From positions 11,998 to 75,997 of IMG/VR virus record IMGVR_UViG_3300021519_000007: 64,000 nucleotides of DNA. One strand, given 5' to 3'. Made by a program: the position numbers and the translations under genes. The notes below the pieces were generated by a model. It saw nothing but the letters and a program-made list of their open reading frames with translations, made no database searches and was not told where the DNA came from. This document shows, piece by piece, positions 30,719 through 41,137 of the stretch; the first letter of the stretch is position 1, and every line of letters begins with the position of its first letter. Source of the DNA: a virus.

Positions 30719-32103
30719 TATTCCCAGCGATTCCAATCTGATTCAAGTTGCTCTTGTCCCGCCATTGGCTCTTGTTCTGCCTCTAGGTTGTTCTGTGTTG
30801 GAGAGACGTTAGATCCTAGGTCGTCCTGGCGCTGACGTGGAAGCGCAGCGGCGGGATTGCCTGGTGTTCTTGCGCCGCGATACCAGTCAATTGGACCGCG
30901 ACCATTCTCCTTATACCCTCTACCAACGGCCTCCAATGAGCGAGTCATCCAGTTCTGACCATGCTTGTATCTTGAGAACCCGCGCAACTTTGCAAGTTCA
31001 TCTATGTGGGTTGCCATGCCCTCGGGCTTAATACTTCGGATTCCCGTAATTGCCGGTCTCGCATCCGGCCGTTTGCTCGGACCCTCTTCGGGGTCCACCC
31101 ATGTTGGGTTTTCCTGATAGGGTGTTAAACTAATTACAGACTCCCCGGTTTTGTCTTGTTCAAGTCTCACTCCAAGTTCATCAAGAAATGCTCTGATTTT
31201 AAACGAAACATCCGTGTTGGTTTCTTTTCCGTACGCCTCTTCTTCGTCAACAAACTTTTTAATCTTCTTGAGGATTTCGTTGGGAACTTTTTGTCTCATG
31301 GAGAAACCAGGTCTTGACTCCGCGTAGGGGCTGATCCCTTTCATATCTTTGCGGGGTTCATCCTTGTCCTTATCATCTCTTTTCCTGTTTTCCGCAGGCT
31401 CTCCTCCGACCATCTCTGTCTCTAGTCCGTCCTCATCGTTTGACGTTCCGGTTTCAGCAACCTCAGCCCTGGGAACCAGAATGTCACGTGCTTCTTCGTC
31501 ACGCTCTGTTGCTGAGGTTTTAAGGGTGGCGAAATAAAAGCCACCTTTTTCTTCAATGCTCGCAATTTTATATTGCGGTGAAAACTCTCTTATAAGTTCC
31601 AGCCTCGCAACACTTTTCAAAACATTCGCCTCACGGGAAACGGTCAGGGACGAAACGACCCCCATCTGTTCAGATAGACCATACGGTGGCTGTTTGGGAT
31701 CAGGAAGTGGCGTCAGGTCATCCTCCTCCTCTTTGTCCAGAACACTGACTAAGGGCTTCTCTTGATCAAGATCGTTGATTTCAATATCTCTCTCGCCCGG
31801 AGCACTATTCTTTTCTTCACTGATACTATCAACGTCATTTTTGATCTCTTTGAGGAGATCAAGAATGCGATTCATCTTATCTTCTTCGGTCTTCTCATGC
31901 TCTTCGTCTTCGACCACAACGTCATTGCCATCCTCTGCAATGTAGGCAACACGAATGCGTGTGACAAAGAAGTCGGAATCGTTACCGGCTTCCTTGACTC
32001 TTCTGAATGAGAGGATCTCCGCATCAGGATAGACAGAGTTAATCTCATCAAGTGCATCAGCGCTTGTAATATTCGCGGCTCTTTTAAGAATTAATTCTTC
32101 CAA
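30718..32103 (-). CDS. Acidic head-associated protein
   Basis: 461 aa, TTG start with SD GAGGA, coupled to the protease gene; several KxA/RxA motifs. Confidence 0.65.
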   Translation of the reverse strand: MEELILKRAANITSADALDEINSVYPDAEILSFRRVKEAGNDSDFFVTRIRVAYIAEDGNDVVVEDEEHEKTEEDKMNRILDLLKEIKNDVDSISEEKNSAPGERDIEINDLDQEKPLVSVLDKEEEDDLTPLPDPKQPPYGLSEQMGVVSSLTVSREANVLKSVARLELIREFSPQYKIASIEEKGGFYFATLKTSATERDEEARDILVPRAEVAETGTSNDEDGLETEMVGGEPAENRKRDDKDKDEPRKDMKGISPYAESRPGFSMRQKVPNEILKKIKKFVDEEEAYGKETNTDVSFKIRAFLDELGVRLEQDKTGESVISLTPYQENPTWVDPEEGPSKRPDARPAITGIRSIKPEGMATHIDELAKLRGFSRYKHGQNWMTRSLEAVGRGYKENGRGPIDWYRGARTPGNPAAALPRQRQDDLGSNVSPTQNNLEAEQEPMAGQEQLESDWNRWE

Positions 32104-32115
32104 AACATTTTCCTC

Positions 32116-33552
32116 TTAAATTACGTTCGTGGAAACCTTGACTTTAATGAGATAAAGCAGGCCAACATATTGTGGTCTAGTGTTTATTGGAGCCTGACCA
32201 GAATTTCCGGTAAGACCGGTGACCTTCATCTGATCAGCAATCTTGACACCGTTTTGTTCTATTATATCACCATTTACCTGACCACTCATCCTACCACTGT
32301 TGTCTTTTAACGTATTAGTGGATTGATCGCCAGAGGGCCCTGTGATAATTAACTCGTATGGGGTGCCTGTAATTCTTCCAACATCTGTTGTTTCGTTGAG
32401 GTTGTGTCCGACAAATGTTGTTGATGTTGCCTGAGCCAGGGTGGGTTTACTTGTTACGTTTGAGTATGTATAACTACCAGGAAATGTTAATCCTGCTGGA
32501 TTATTTCCCGCATATGGCCATGGATCACTAGCGCCCCCATTCGGATAAAGCCCGTGCTCGCTTGACCAGCCTATCGGGTCTCTATCGCCAGTTTTGCCCG
32601 CACCCTTTAGATCTGCGCCATGGACGTGAGTTGTGTTTGCAACAAACGGATCTCCCGCTTGTGAGGAGGGTTTTACACGTGTAAAATATTCCTGGCCCCA
32701 CGGGGCCGGTCTCGTTGTTATATCGCTAGATTGATTAAAATTATGAACATGATTTGGTGTTAGATGAACATGAGAATGAACATGAGTATGACTTTGAATC
32801 GAATGAGTATGAGATTTGACGGTATGAGTGTGCTGTATATCATGATAGTGGTTTTGAATATGGAGGAGGCCGCCATCGTGATAATGGTTTATTGGCTTTT
32901 CAACATTGCTACCTGTCAAACTGTTGGGCGACTCAAGGCCTGAGTCATAACCAATACCGGGAGCAAATGCCTGACCGGCCGCCTTGGGTGCGCCACTCGT
33001 CCAAAGGTTGTTTTGGTTCAGTGCTGGTTGAGCATTAGCATCAAGCGCATAACCATTGAATGCCTTGATGCCTGGCACGGTAGCATCCGCACCAATAACC
33101 ATTTTGTTTCTTAGATCCGGAACGGTAATGGGTCCCGGTAGAGGGAACGAGTGGTTGGCCTGAGCGATAGTGGAGCCATCGCACGGCTGCCAGCCGTCGG
33201 GGATTCCAATATCTCTTGTAGGCCTCCACCATTGAATGATCGTGCCGAGAGGCACATCGTTGTAGTTCAGCCCAGAGACAACCGAATAGAGGCTTCTTTT
33301 TCCGACCTGGTTTTGGTACCCACCGTTAGTTGTGCCCGGATATTTTGTGCTTGCGGAGGTTGCAATGACATCGTTGTTTCCAAGCCAGGTTGAGGCTGAC
33401 CCCGTGTAAGAATTTCCGCTTGACCCGGCATACCCGTTGGGTCCACCAATAATTGCATCAATGGTGTCAAAGTTAAATACAAGATCGTCACCAATAAAAG
33501 AGTCCTGGGCTCGATCCCAAACCTTTAGTCTGCCCTTTTTAGAATTTCTCAT
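32116..33552 (-). CDS. Tail-collar-domain fibre protein with His-x-His metal-binding needle
   Basis: Collar motif 'PLGTIIQW..IPDGWQPCDG..VPDLRNKMVIGA', a run of HxH motifs, and 'RPQYVGLLYLIK' at the end. Confidence 0.8.
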   Translation of the reverse strand: MRNSKKGRLKVWDRAQDSFIGDDLVFNFDTIDAIIGGPNGYAGSSGNSYTGSASTWLGNNDVIATSASTKYPGTTNGGYQNQVGKRSLYSVVSGLNYNDVPLGTIIQWWRPTRDIGIPDGWQPCDGSTIAQANHSFPLPGPITVPDLRNKMVIGADATVPGIKAFNGYALDANAQPALNQNNLWTSGAPKAAGQAFAPGIGYDSGLESPNSLTGSNVEKPINHYHDGGLLHIQNHYHDIQHTHTVKSHTHSIQSHTHVHSHVHLTPNHVHNFNQSSDITTRPAPWGQEYFTRVKPSSQAGDPFVANTTHVHGADLKGAGKTGDRDPIGWSSEHGLYPNGGASDPWPYAGNNPAGLTFPGSYTYSNVTSKPTLAQATSTTFVGHNLNETTDVGRITGTPYELIITGPSGDQSTNTLKDNSGRMSGQVNGDIIEQNGVKIADQMKVTGLTGNSGQAPINTRPQYVGLLYLIKVKVSTNVI

Positions 33553-36479
33553 TAGACACCAAACAGAAAGTTGTCATCAAAACTATCGTTGGCAGTAACT
33601 TCGCCATCAAGATAGTGTGTACCCTCAAGCACCAATTTATCTAGGTTGCGTGCTTTCCCCCGCTCGTTGACAAAATCTTTTTGCTGGTTCGGCAGATAGT
33701 GACGACCGGCGATGTGCTCTGTGCTGGCCTTTCTGCCGGTGCTGAGATCTGTTTCTCCAACCATATCATTTTGACCCGGCCCAGCATCATCCATTGTCTC
33801 AGGAGTTCCATCGAGGGGATCGTTAATAGAATCCTCGTCAATCTCATTAGGATGAATACTATTGCGTCTATCAAACCTCATGTCATTGACATTGAATTCT
33901 TCGATCGTAACCTCATAGGGTTCATCGCCCTCTTCGGGGAAAGCGGAATCAATTCTCTTAAGTGACACATGCTCTGGGGTGTAGTCAACAACCTCAACAA
34001 TGTCAGGCTCTTGATCTTGACCAGAAAACACCTGATAGACGGCACCGATCTCAAGGGGATCGCCGTCAATATCTACGATATCTTCCTGCTTTGCCTCCAT
34101 GTCGTCTTCAACCTCGGGGTTTAGGCTAAGGTTGGCGTCTGGACCGAGGTCCTCGTAAGCATCAAACTCTGCGGGTTCCTCGCTGATTGCGGCCTGGATT
34201 TGCTGACCAATCTGTCCAACAATGCCCTGTTCGGCACGACCCTGGATAGGTGATGGGGCCTGAGGTGTGTTGGTGCCAGGTTGTGCATAGGCAATCTCGG
34301 ATGTCTGCGGCACATAGGCCATCGGTGTGGTCTGCGCCTCTCCCATAGGGGCGGTTTGCGGATTTTGATTGAGCATTGTTTTTGGAATAAAAACACTTCT
34401 ACCATCAGCCGTTGTTGCCATTGTGTAGTCATCAGCATGGAGAATCGACTGCTGCTGATCAGACTGCATGGTCTGTCCAGGTGGCATGGGTGCGGCAAAC
34501 GACTGTTTCTTTTTCGCTTCCATATTTTTATCTTTGAATTTATCGCCAAGAAGAACACTAAAGATCTTCTCCGCCATCTCAACAACCTTTTGAACCTTCT
34601 CGGAATCAACACCCTTAAGCGCACCGTCAATACCCTCGGCGACAACCTTTTCTGGGTCAGATGCAGCCTTCTCGTCATCTTCGGGGGTTGCATCAATCCA
34701 GCCAGAATTTTCGCCAACGATATCTTTAAGGAGTTCTGGCGAGTCGCCATGTTCAGCATTGTATCCACCGGTGCCACCAATACTGGGATCAGAGTCTTGG
34801 CCATGGAGGTGGACAGCGAAGATGTCTTCGCTCGGCTCGGTCACCGATGTCTTCTGGTTGGCAAGGGCCTCACCAAAAAGAGAGCCGAGTTCCTCAGCAT
34901 AAGGCGCAAACGTCTTAGCAATACGCGCTAGGCTATTGGCCTGTCTGACGTATTCGCTACGGTCTTCACCGCAGCAGTGGCACATGCTGTCAATTAGAGG
35001 GTCGGAACATTTGGGGCAAGAGAATTTGAAAGAGGAAAGACGTGCGTCCTCCCACTCGTTCTCATCTCTCACGTGGGAATGACGAGCAATATCCTCATCG
35101 TTCTCCAAATAGTCAACAATGTTCTCATGAATGAGTTGCTTGAAGTCGTCATTGTTTAGAAGGGTGTCGATAACCTCTTCCGGCATCTCTGGAAACTTCA
35201 CGCCCTTGGCTTCTGGCTCTGCATCATCCGAACCAAGGCCCCTCATCTCTGGGTTTCCCTCTTGATCGTGTAGGCCACCGTCATCCATGTTCTTCTCGAC
35301 CTCACCCTCGGCATGTCGTACATTTGAGTTGCCTCCAATATCAGAGCGCATGTGATCTGTGTCGTCTTCGTTGTTTACAATGTCGAATACACCGGCCCCG
35401 GCGTCGGCAGAATGCTTGCCTTTGGCGTTGGGATGACGTGCTTTGTGCAGTTGAGCGTCAACTTTGGCCGCCCATGAGCGACCAGCGTCTCCACCCCAGC
35501 AAAGCCATGCAACATCCCATGCTGTGATCTCGCCGGGCTTGGCTTTCTTAGAGCGACCACCAGCGTGACGCTCAAAGAACGAGTGCATGCGATTGATGTG
35601 TTCTTCGGTTAGTTCTTCACCGGCTGCAATCTTGCGAGCGCGAGCAGCAGTAGCGGCCTCGAAACCATCGCCAGCCTTTCCCTCAGCATAATACTTCAAG
35701 CCACGCTTAGCGGCAGCGCGAACGCCCGCAGGGGGAACCTTGTTGACTTTCTTAACTGCTTCTTCGGGGCTCTGCTTTTTCTTTGCGGCAGCCTCTTTAC
35801 GACCAGCATCGCACTTTTCGCAAGAACCGGGGGCGCAAGGCTTTGTACCGGGTACGCGCTTATAGCCGTCCCAGCATCCACAGTCCTTTGCGACCTTGGC
35901 CGACATTGCGCGACCACCCGGGAGCGCACCATCATTGCGCTCGTTATACTCTCCAGATCCAAACTCATTATCCATTGCCATTGGGTTGGGTTTGAGTGTG
36001 CGATCCCAGTAGGAATCTTCTGTAGCATCGTGGTCAACGTCTTCGATAGCGTTGTCCTCTTCTTTGTCAAGATCGCCGCGCTCGTCCATGTCATGGAGGA
36101 TATCTAGGACTTCGTCCAACTTGCTCTCCATGTCGGAGTGCGCCTCAACGTCTGTCGAATCAGAATCCTCTGTGTAATCGTCGACCCATTCGTTAAGATC
36201 GGACGGTTCGCTAACAATGTCGATACCGTCCTCTGCTGCGCTAACAACATCCCAACCAATCTCTGGGTCGTAGACTAGCCGTTCGCCGTTACCTACGGAC
36301 GACTGGCGGTAGAAAGCAATGTCTGGTTCGGATGGAATTGTCTTGTCCCAGAAGACCTTTGCGGTCTTAACCACACGACCGTCGGTAAACTCTACGGTGT
36401 ATTCTTTTGTGGCCGAATCAAAATCAAGAATGAGGCCGGGTGTGTTACCGGCGAAGACAGTCAGACCTAGATAGTTCAT
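33552..36479 (-). CDS. Large acidic multidomain head (internal) protein
   Basis: Start moved to MNYLG. Contains a 'CWDGYKRVPG..C' module and a 'RMHSFFERH..AWLCWGGDAG' helical module seen in phage head proteins. Confidence 0.7.
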   Translation of the reverse strand: MNYLGLTVFAGNTPGLILDFDSATKEYTVEFTDGRVVKTAKVFWDKTIPSEPDIAFYRQSSVGNGERLVYDPEIGWDVVSAAEDGIDIVSEPSDLNEWVDDYTEDSDSTDVEAHSDMESKLDEVLDILHDMDERGDLDKEEDNAIEDVDHDATEDSYWDRTLKPNPMAMDNEFGSGEYNERNDGALPGGRAMSAKVAKDCGCWDGYKRVPGTKPCAPGSCEKCDAGRKEAAAKKKQSPEEAVKKVNKVPPAGVRAAAKRGLKYYAEGKAGDGFEAATAARARKIAAGEELTEEHINRMHSFFERHAGGRSKKAKPGEITAWDVAWLCWGGDAGRSWAAKVDAQLHKARHPNAKGKHSADAGAGVFDIVNNEDDTDHMRSDIGGNSNVRHAEGEVEKNMDDGGLHDQEGNPEMRGLGSDDAEPEAKGVKFPEMPEEVIDTLLNNDDFKQLIHENIVDYLENDEDIARHSHVRDENEWEDARLSSFKFSCPKCSDPLIDSMCHCCGEDRSEYVRQANSLARIAKTFAPYAEELGSLFGEALANQKTSVTEPSEDIFAVHLHGQDSDPSIGGTGGYNAEHGDSPELLKDIVGENSGWIDATPEDDEKAASDPEKVVAEGIDGALKGVDSEKVQKVVEMAEKIFSVLLGDKFKDKNMEAKKKQSFAAPMPPGQTMQSDQQQSILHADDYTMATTADGRSVFIPKTMLNQNPQTAPMGEAQTTPMAYVPQTSEIAYAQPGTNTPQAPSPIQGRAEQGIVGQIGQQIQAAISEEPAEFDAYEDLGPDANLSLNPEVEDDMEAKQEDIVDIDGDPLEIGAVYQVFSGQDQEPDIVEVVDYTPEHVSLKRIDSAFPEEGDEPYEVTIEEFNVNDMRFDRRNSIHPNEIDEDSINDPLDGTPETMDDAGPGQNDMVGETDLSTGRKASTEHIAGRHYLPNQQKDFVNERGKARNLDKLVLEGTHYLDGEVTANDSFDDNFLFGV

Positions 36480-36519
36480 GTTAATCTTTAAGTAAGGGGT
36501 TGAGTCTGTTTTGTTGCTT

Positions 36520-37566
36520 TTACCATTGATATCGTACAATTACAATTCCTTGAGCACCGGACCCGCCATCATTACCATAACCATAGCCTTGAGCGCCACC
36601 ATCTCCATAAGTTGCAGCAGCAGCATTACCACCAGTACCATAAGTGCCGTAACCACTACCAGACCATACAGATCCTAGATTATAACCAGCACCGCCGACG
36701 CCACCGATACCGTTCAGTAGGTTGCTTCCAGTACTGTTTCCGCCCGTGCCCTGAGCACCAGCACCACCGCCGGGAGCACCAGTGCCATTACTACCACTAC
36801 CACCACCATAATAAGTGTTACTGCCGCCATTACCGCCCCAAACTTGATTAAGACCGCCTTGACCTCCGCCACCTCCGGCAGCACCATTACCGCCATAATA
36901 AGAAGGACCACCCCCAGAACCTGAACCTGCTACTCCGCCGCCATTATCTGCAGTACCACCGCCACCACCACCCCCAACAGTAATGCCAACAGCGCCAGCA
37001 CCTTGAGAAATATTCTGAACACCATTACCATAAATAGAACCGGCAGCACCACCACCACCGCCGCCATCATAGTCATAACCAGAATCGCCGCCACCACCGC
37101 CACCACCCGCAAGGACAAAAATACCAACAGTATTACTACTTGTTGCAGAAACAGTAAAGGTATCATTAGCAGTAAACACATGATAACGATAACCACCGAC
37201 AACAGTAGGAGTGCCACCAGAAGCAGACCACATAGTATAAGAACTCGTAGCCGTAGAAGCAGCACCACGACCAACAATATTATTCGCTTTAACAGTAAAC
37301 GTATAAGCAGTACCACCCGTTAAACCAGCAACACTCCCTGTAGTAGTCGCACTGGTTCCCGTCAAACCGCCCGGAGAAGAAGTAATGGTATAAGAGGTAA
37401 CAGGAGAACCACCATTATTGACGGGGGCAGTCCAAGAAAAATTAAGAGTAGAGGTTGACCTGACAGTTTCACTAGTGATAGTTAAACCAGTAGGTGCTCC
37501 CGGTAGACCAGCACCGGGAAAGAATCCTCTTACTGATAGTCCACCTAAACTAGAACGAATTGGCAT
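36520..37566 (-). CDS. Fibronectin-III + glycine-rich virion adhesin-like protein
   Basis: FN3 motifs 'PGAPTGL', 'SWTAPVNNGGSPVTSYTI', 'GLTGGTAYTFTVKANN', followed by a polyglycine domain. Confidence 0.85.
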   Translation of the reverse strand: MPIRSSLGGLSVRGFFPGAGLPGAPTGLTITSETVRSTSTLNFSWTAPVNNGGSPVTSYTITSSPGGLTGTSATTTGSVAGLTGGTAYTFTVKANNIVGRGAASTATSSYTMWSASGGTPTVVGGYRYHVFTANDTFTVSATSSNTVGIFVLAGGGGGGGDSGYDYDGGGGGGAAGSIYGNGVQNISQGAGAVGITVGGGGGGGTADNGGGVAGSGSGGGPSYYGGNGAAGGGGGQGGLNQVWGGNGGSNTYYGGGSGSNGTGAPGGGAGAQGTGGNSTGSNLLNGIGGVGGAGYNLGSVWSGSGYGTYGTGGNAAAATYGDGGAQGYGYGNDGGSGAQGIVIVRYQW

Positions 37567-37577
37567 TACATTAACCC

Positions 37578-40500
37578 TTAAGCGAACTTAGCCGTAGAAG
37601 CAAGAACCGTATACGTGGGAGTTGCCGCTGTCTTCATAATTGTAAAAGTATACACATCTGTTGAGTTAGCATTGCCACTTGTTGGTGCTGTTCCGGTAAA
37701 CCATTTCGGAGTTACGCCCACACCGTCAATTGCAATTGGTCCCGATGGTCCAGTTGGGTAGTAGGCAGAAGATCCATTCTGACTCAAAACAGAGATTGTG
37801 ATTGCTTGCCCAACCGAAAGCAATGAACTTAAGGTTGTTGTCGAATTGCCGCGAACATTGAGCCACCAATTTGCAGTTGCATTGTTGTTTGCGTACACAA
37901 CCGACTGGGTCTTTGCGTCAAAATTGACAGGACCCGTGAGTCCAGTAGTGGTTGCAAAGGTTTCTGTTGGTCCAACAACGTTAACATTGGAGAGCGTTGT
38001 TGACCAGATCGGTCCGGTGGCTCCGCCAAACGATGTAAGAACAGATCCTGTCGGTCCCGTTGCTAAGAACGCTGTAGTGTCTGCGGAAGACTGATAGTGA
38101 ATCTGACCGGCAAGACCACCCGCAACGTTTGTTGCCTTGCTTGGTGTTGGGTTAGACCCTGACGTAACGCGACCGTACGCGTCTGTTGTGACGGATGTGT
38201 ATGTGCCAGCCGTTCCCGCAGTAGAAAGATCAAGAGTCGCAAGCACAGATCCTGTTGGACCAGACGGACCAGTAGCAAGAGATATTCTTCCGCTTGTCCC
38301 GGACACTCCGGCAACATAAATTGAATTAGATCCGGATGTAACACGACCGTATGTGTCTGTTGTAACGGAATTGTAGGTTCCAGCCGCTCCGGTTGTTTGC
38401 AAACCAACAGTAATAGCGTTTGCACCAGTTGGTCCGGACACCGAGAACGTCAGTTGTCCGCTTGGACCCGTGACACTAGAGACAATAACAGATGAATTAT
38501 TAACGGCGTCAGTGATTCCGTAGCCAGACAGCGTTGTTGGATTTGTTCCCGCCGTCACACGTCCGTAGGTGTCAACGGTCACAGATCTATATGTGCCAGT
38601 GCTAGATATGACATTAGAAGCAAGATCTATTGTGGACAGAACGGATCCTGTTGGTCCCGACGGTCCGGTCGAAAGAGAAACTCTTCCGCTTGTTCCGGCA
38701 ACTCCAGCGATATACGTTGGATTAGATCCGGCGGTAACACGACCGTAGGCATCTGTTGTTACAGAGTTATACGTTCCAGATGTTCCCGTTGTTGGTAAGC
38801 CAACAGTTATCGCATTGGCCGTGGTGGGACCAGTAACGCTAAACGTTAACTGACTACTTGGACCCGTGACGCTAGTCACAATTTGATCAACAATGTTATG
38901 AGCGACTAGCGTTGTTGGATTGCTGCCTGATGTTACTCGACCATATGTGTCAACGACAACAGACTGATATGTCCCAGCAGAAGCGACACCCGTTGGTAGA
39001 TCGATTGATACGGCGTTTGAACCCGTTGGTCCCGTGACGCTAAACAACAAACGGTTTGGACCCGTAACACTGGCGACCAAAAGGGAAGTTGAGCCATTGG
39101 TAACGCGACCATAAGCATCGGTGGTAACAGAGTTGTACGTTCCAGCAGTTCCGGTTGTTCCAAGTTCAAGAGTAATGGCATTGGACCCGGTTGGTCCACT
39201 AACAGACGCCACAACTCTTCCGCTTGGCCCCGTAACACTAGAGACGATTACAGAGGAACTGCTTACCGCGTCGGTGATCCCATAACCAGATAGCGTTGTC
39301 GGGTTAGTTCCTGCCGTGACGCGCCCGTAGGTGTCAACAGTCACAGATCTGTATGTTCCTGTGCTTGAGATTACACCAGAGGCTAGATCAAGTGTTGGGT
39401 TGCCAGACACTCCACTGCCATTTGATACGGTAATTCTTGCAGAACTTGCTGTGGCAATGCTTGCTGTCGATGTTGTTCCAGTCGCCGTCTTGACGATGAA
39501 TCCTGTTCCCGCAAGACTTGGGATGGAGGCAAGGATGCCTGTGCTGTCTAGCGGTTGAGCGTCGTTGATTCCATACAGGGCAAGCGTATTCGGGTTTGTT
39601 CCCGACGTAACTCGTCCGTAAGTATCAACCGTTACTGACTTATATGTGCCAGCACCCGTGCTAACAATATTTGAAGCGAGGTCGAACGTTGCCACAACGG
39701 ACCCCGTTGGGCCAGAGGGCCCTGTGGCCAAAGATATTCTCCCGCTTGTTCCAGAGACATCAGCAACATACGCTGGGTTAGAGCCAGCAGTAACGCGACC
39801 CTTAGAATCGATTGTGACCGAAGCGTAGGTCCCGGTTGGGCCAGTCAAAGACGCAAGGGTGGGATTGGGATAGGATCCTGCAAGATCGCCGCCTGCTGGG
39901 CCCGTTGGTGTTCTGGAATTTGTGAGCGCTGCATTTGTGCTGAGAACAACTGGCGTCCCGCCAGATGTTATCGCGCTCGTCACAGCAAGATCTCCGCTGA
40001 TGCTTGTTGTTGCGCTAATTGTTAACTGACCAGGACTTGATCTGTATATAGAGGCGTCAGTAGAACCGCTTCCAGACCCCCAAAGAATCTGGCCGTCTGC
40101 CTGTACAGAAAGTCGGTTATAAGTGTCCCCGTCGACCTTACCCTGAAATACCAGATCGGTTGATACAGATCCAACTGAGGAGAATGTGTTTATAGATTCA
40201 ATAACTGGTTCGGTTGTAGGGCGGTATAGATAGGTGTCTGTGCCAATAGCAATACCACCCAAGGGGCCCTGTGTCGGCAAAGACAGTTGCTCGGCTGTCT
40301 CTAAAACACCACCGGTCCCACTGTATAGAGAAACACCTCCGCCTAGCATGATGCCACCCATTGAGCCCGTATCCATTATGGACAACTGGCCCTGAGAAAT
40401 GGTTAGCGCAGCAGTACCGACATCTGAGTTTATTGTTAAACCAGATGCGCCAAGGGATGTCGACCCAAGTAGGATGTTCTCAATGGAAATTATTTCATCC

Positions 40501-40589
40501 CATGCGGGACCCACATGATTATGGTCAATAAGTTGACCAACAACAATCCCAGAAGGCTTGTTTGCTGTACTACTCGGGAAAGAGGTCAT
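37578..40589 (-). CDS. Long tail fibre protein with tandem repeats
   Basis: Nine GTYxSVxxDxxGRVTxG repeats and GPSGPTG segments; C-terminal 'DVYTFTIMKT' domain. Confidence 0.85.
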   Translation of the reverse strand: MTSFPSSTANKPSGIVVGQLIDHNHVGPAWDEIISIENILLGSTSLGASGLTINSDVGTAALTISQGQLSIMDTGSMGGIMLGGGVSLYSGTGGVLETAEQLSLPTQGPLGGIAIGTDTYLYRPTTEPVIESINTFSSVGSVSTDLVFQGKVDGDTYNRLSVQADGQILWGSGSGSTDASIYRSSPGQLTISATTSISGDLAVTSAITSGGTPVVLSTNAALTNSRTPTGPAGGDLAGSYPNPTLASLTGPTGTYASVTIDSKGRVTAGSNPAYVADVSGTSGRISLATGPSGPTGSVVATFDLASNIVSTGAGTYKSVTVDTYGRVTSGTNPNTLALYGINDAQPLDSTGILASIPSLAGTGFIVKTATGTTSTASIATASSARITVSNGSGVSGNPTLDLASGVISSTGTYRSVTVDTYGRVTAGTNPTTLSGYGITDAVSSSSVIVSSVTGPSGRVVASVSGPTGSNAITLELGTTGTAGTYNSVTTDAYGRVTNGSTSLLVASVTGPNRLLFSVTGPTGSNAVSIDLPTGVASAGTYQSVVVDTYGRVTSGSNPTTLVAHNIVDQIVTSVTGPSSQLTFSVTGPTTANAITVGLPTTGTSGTYNSVTTDAYGRVTAGSNPTYIAGVAGTSGRVSLSTGPSGPTGSVLSTIDLASNVISSTGTYRSVTVDTYGRVTAGTNPTTLSGYGITDAVNNSSVIVSSVTGPSGQLTFSVSGPTGANAITVGLQTTGAAGTYNSVTTDTYGRVTSGSNSIYVAGVSGTSGRISLATGPSGPTGSVLATLDLSTAGTAGTYTSVTTDAYGRVTSGSNPTPSKATNVAGGLAGQIHYQSSADTTAFLATGPTGSVLTSFGGATGPIWSTTLSNVNVVGPTETFATTTGLTGPVNFDAKTQSVVYANNNATANWWLNVRGNSTTTLSSLLSVGQAITISVLSQNGSSAYYPTGPSGPIAIDGVGVTPKWFTGTAPTSGNANSTDVYTFTIMKTAATPTYTVLASTAKFA

Positions 40590-40594
40590 ACAGA

Positions 40595-41014
40595 CTAACC
40601 TACGACTTCTACAACCGCCGTTGCCGTGACATCATTGGTGCTGGTTAGGCGCAAGAAGTTTGGCGTGTAAGGAGAGAGTTCAATCGTCGCTTTTCCGGCA
40701 GCGGCAAACTCAAACCCGGTCAGGGCATACGAAAGGGCCCCTCCCAATATGTAGTAAGGATGAGCGTCTTCATGACCGGGATTATAGTTTCTACCAGCCG
40801 AACGATTCGCAGCATAAGCGGCTTCAACCAAAATCGTTGTTGGACCATCGACTTCAATATGAACAGCAACGTTTGTTTGTGCACCAACAACGGCGTAAGA
40901 GGAAGCGCCATATACATCGTTCGGACCAGTCGGACCAGTCGGACCAGTCGGACCATACGCTCCTGTGGATTCGTTGTTCCAGACTACTTGGACGCCACGA
41001 TTAAGAACAGCCAT
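40595..41014 (-). CDS. Small structural protein with collagen-like GPT repeats
   Basis: GPTGPTGPTGP encoded by tandem 9-mers at ~40922-40955. Confidence 0.7.
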   Translation of the reverse strand: MAVLNRGVQVVWNNESTGAYGPTGPTGPTGPNDVYGASSYAVVGAQTNVAVHIEVDGPTTILVEAAYAANRSAGRNYNPGHEDAHPYYILGGALSYALTGFEFAAAGKATIELSPYTPNFLRLTSTNDVTATAVVEVVG

Positions 41015-41053
41015 TTATCTTATCCTTCTAGGGTTCACTATTTAAGCGTAAGG

Positions 41054-41100
41054 AAAAACAAAAAACTACAGCCCCCAAATCCAAAAGGACTGGGGGCTGC
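41054..41100 (-). terminator. Rho-independent terminator
   Basis: GCAGCCCCCA...TGGGGGCTGT followed by AGTTTTTTGTTTTT. Confidence 0.75.
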
Positions 41101-41137
41101 GGTCGTGCCGATCCTCTGTTGAGTGGATCGGTGGGTG

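Noticed and set aside
38000-39900. Long imperfect DNA repeats as a CRISPR array or DGR template/variable repeats
   Set aside because: The repeats are in-frame fibre protein repeats diverging at synonymous sites; there are no spacers, no adenine-specific mismatch pattern and no reverse transcriptase.
40922-40955. Tandem GGACCAGTC 9-mers
   Set aside because: They simply encode collagen-like GPT repeats.
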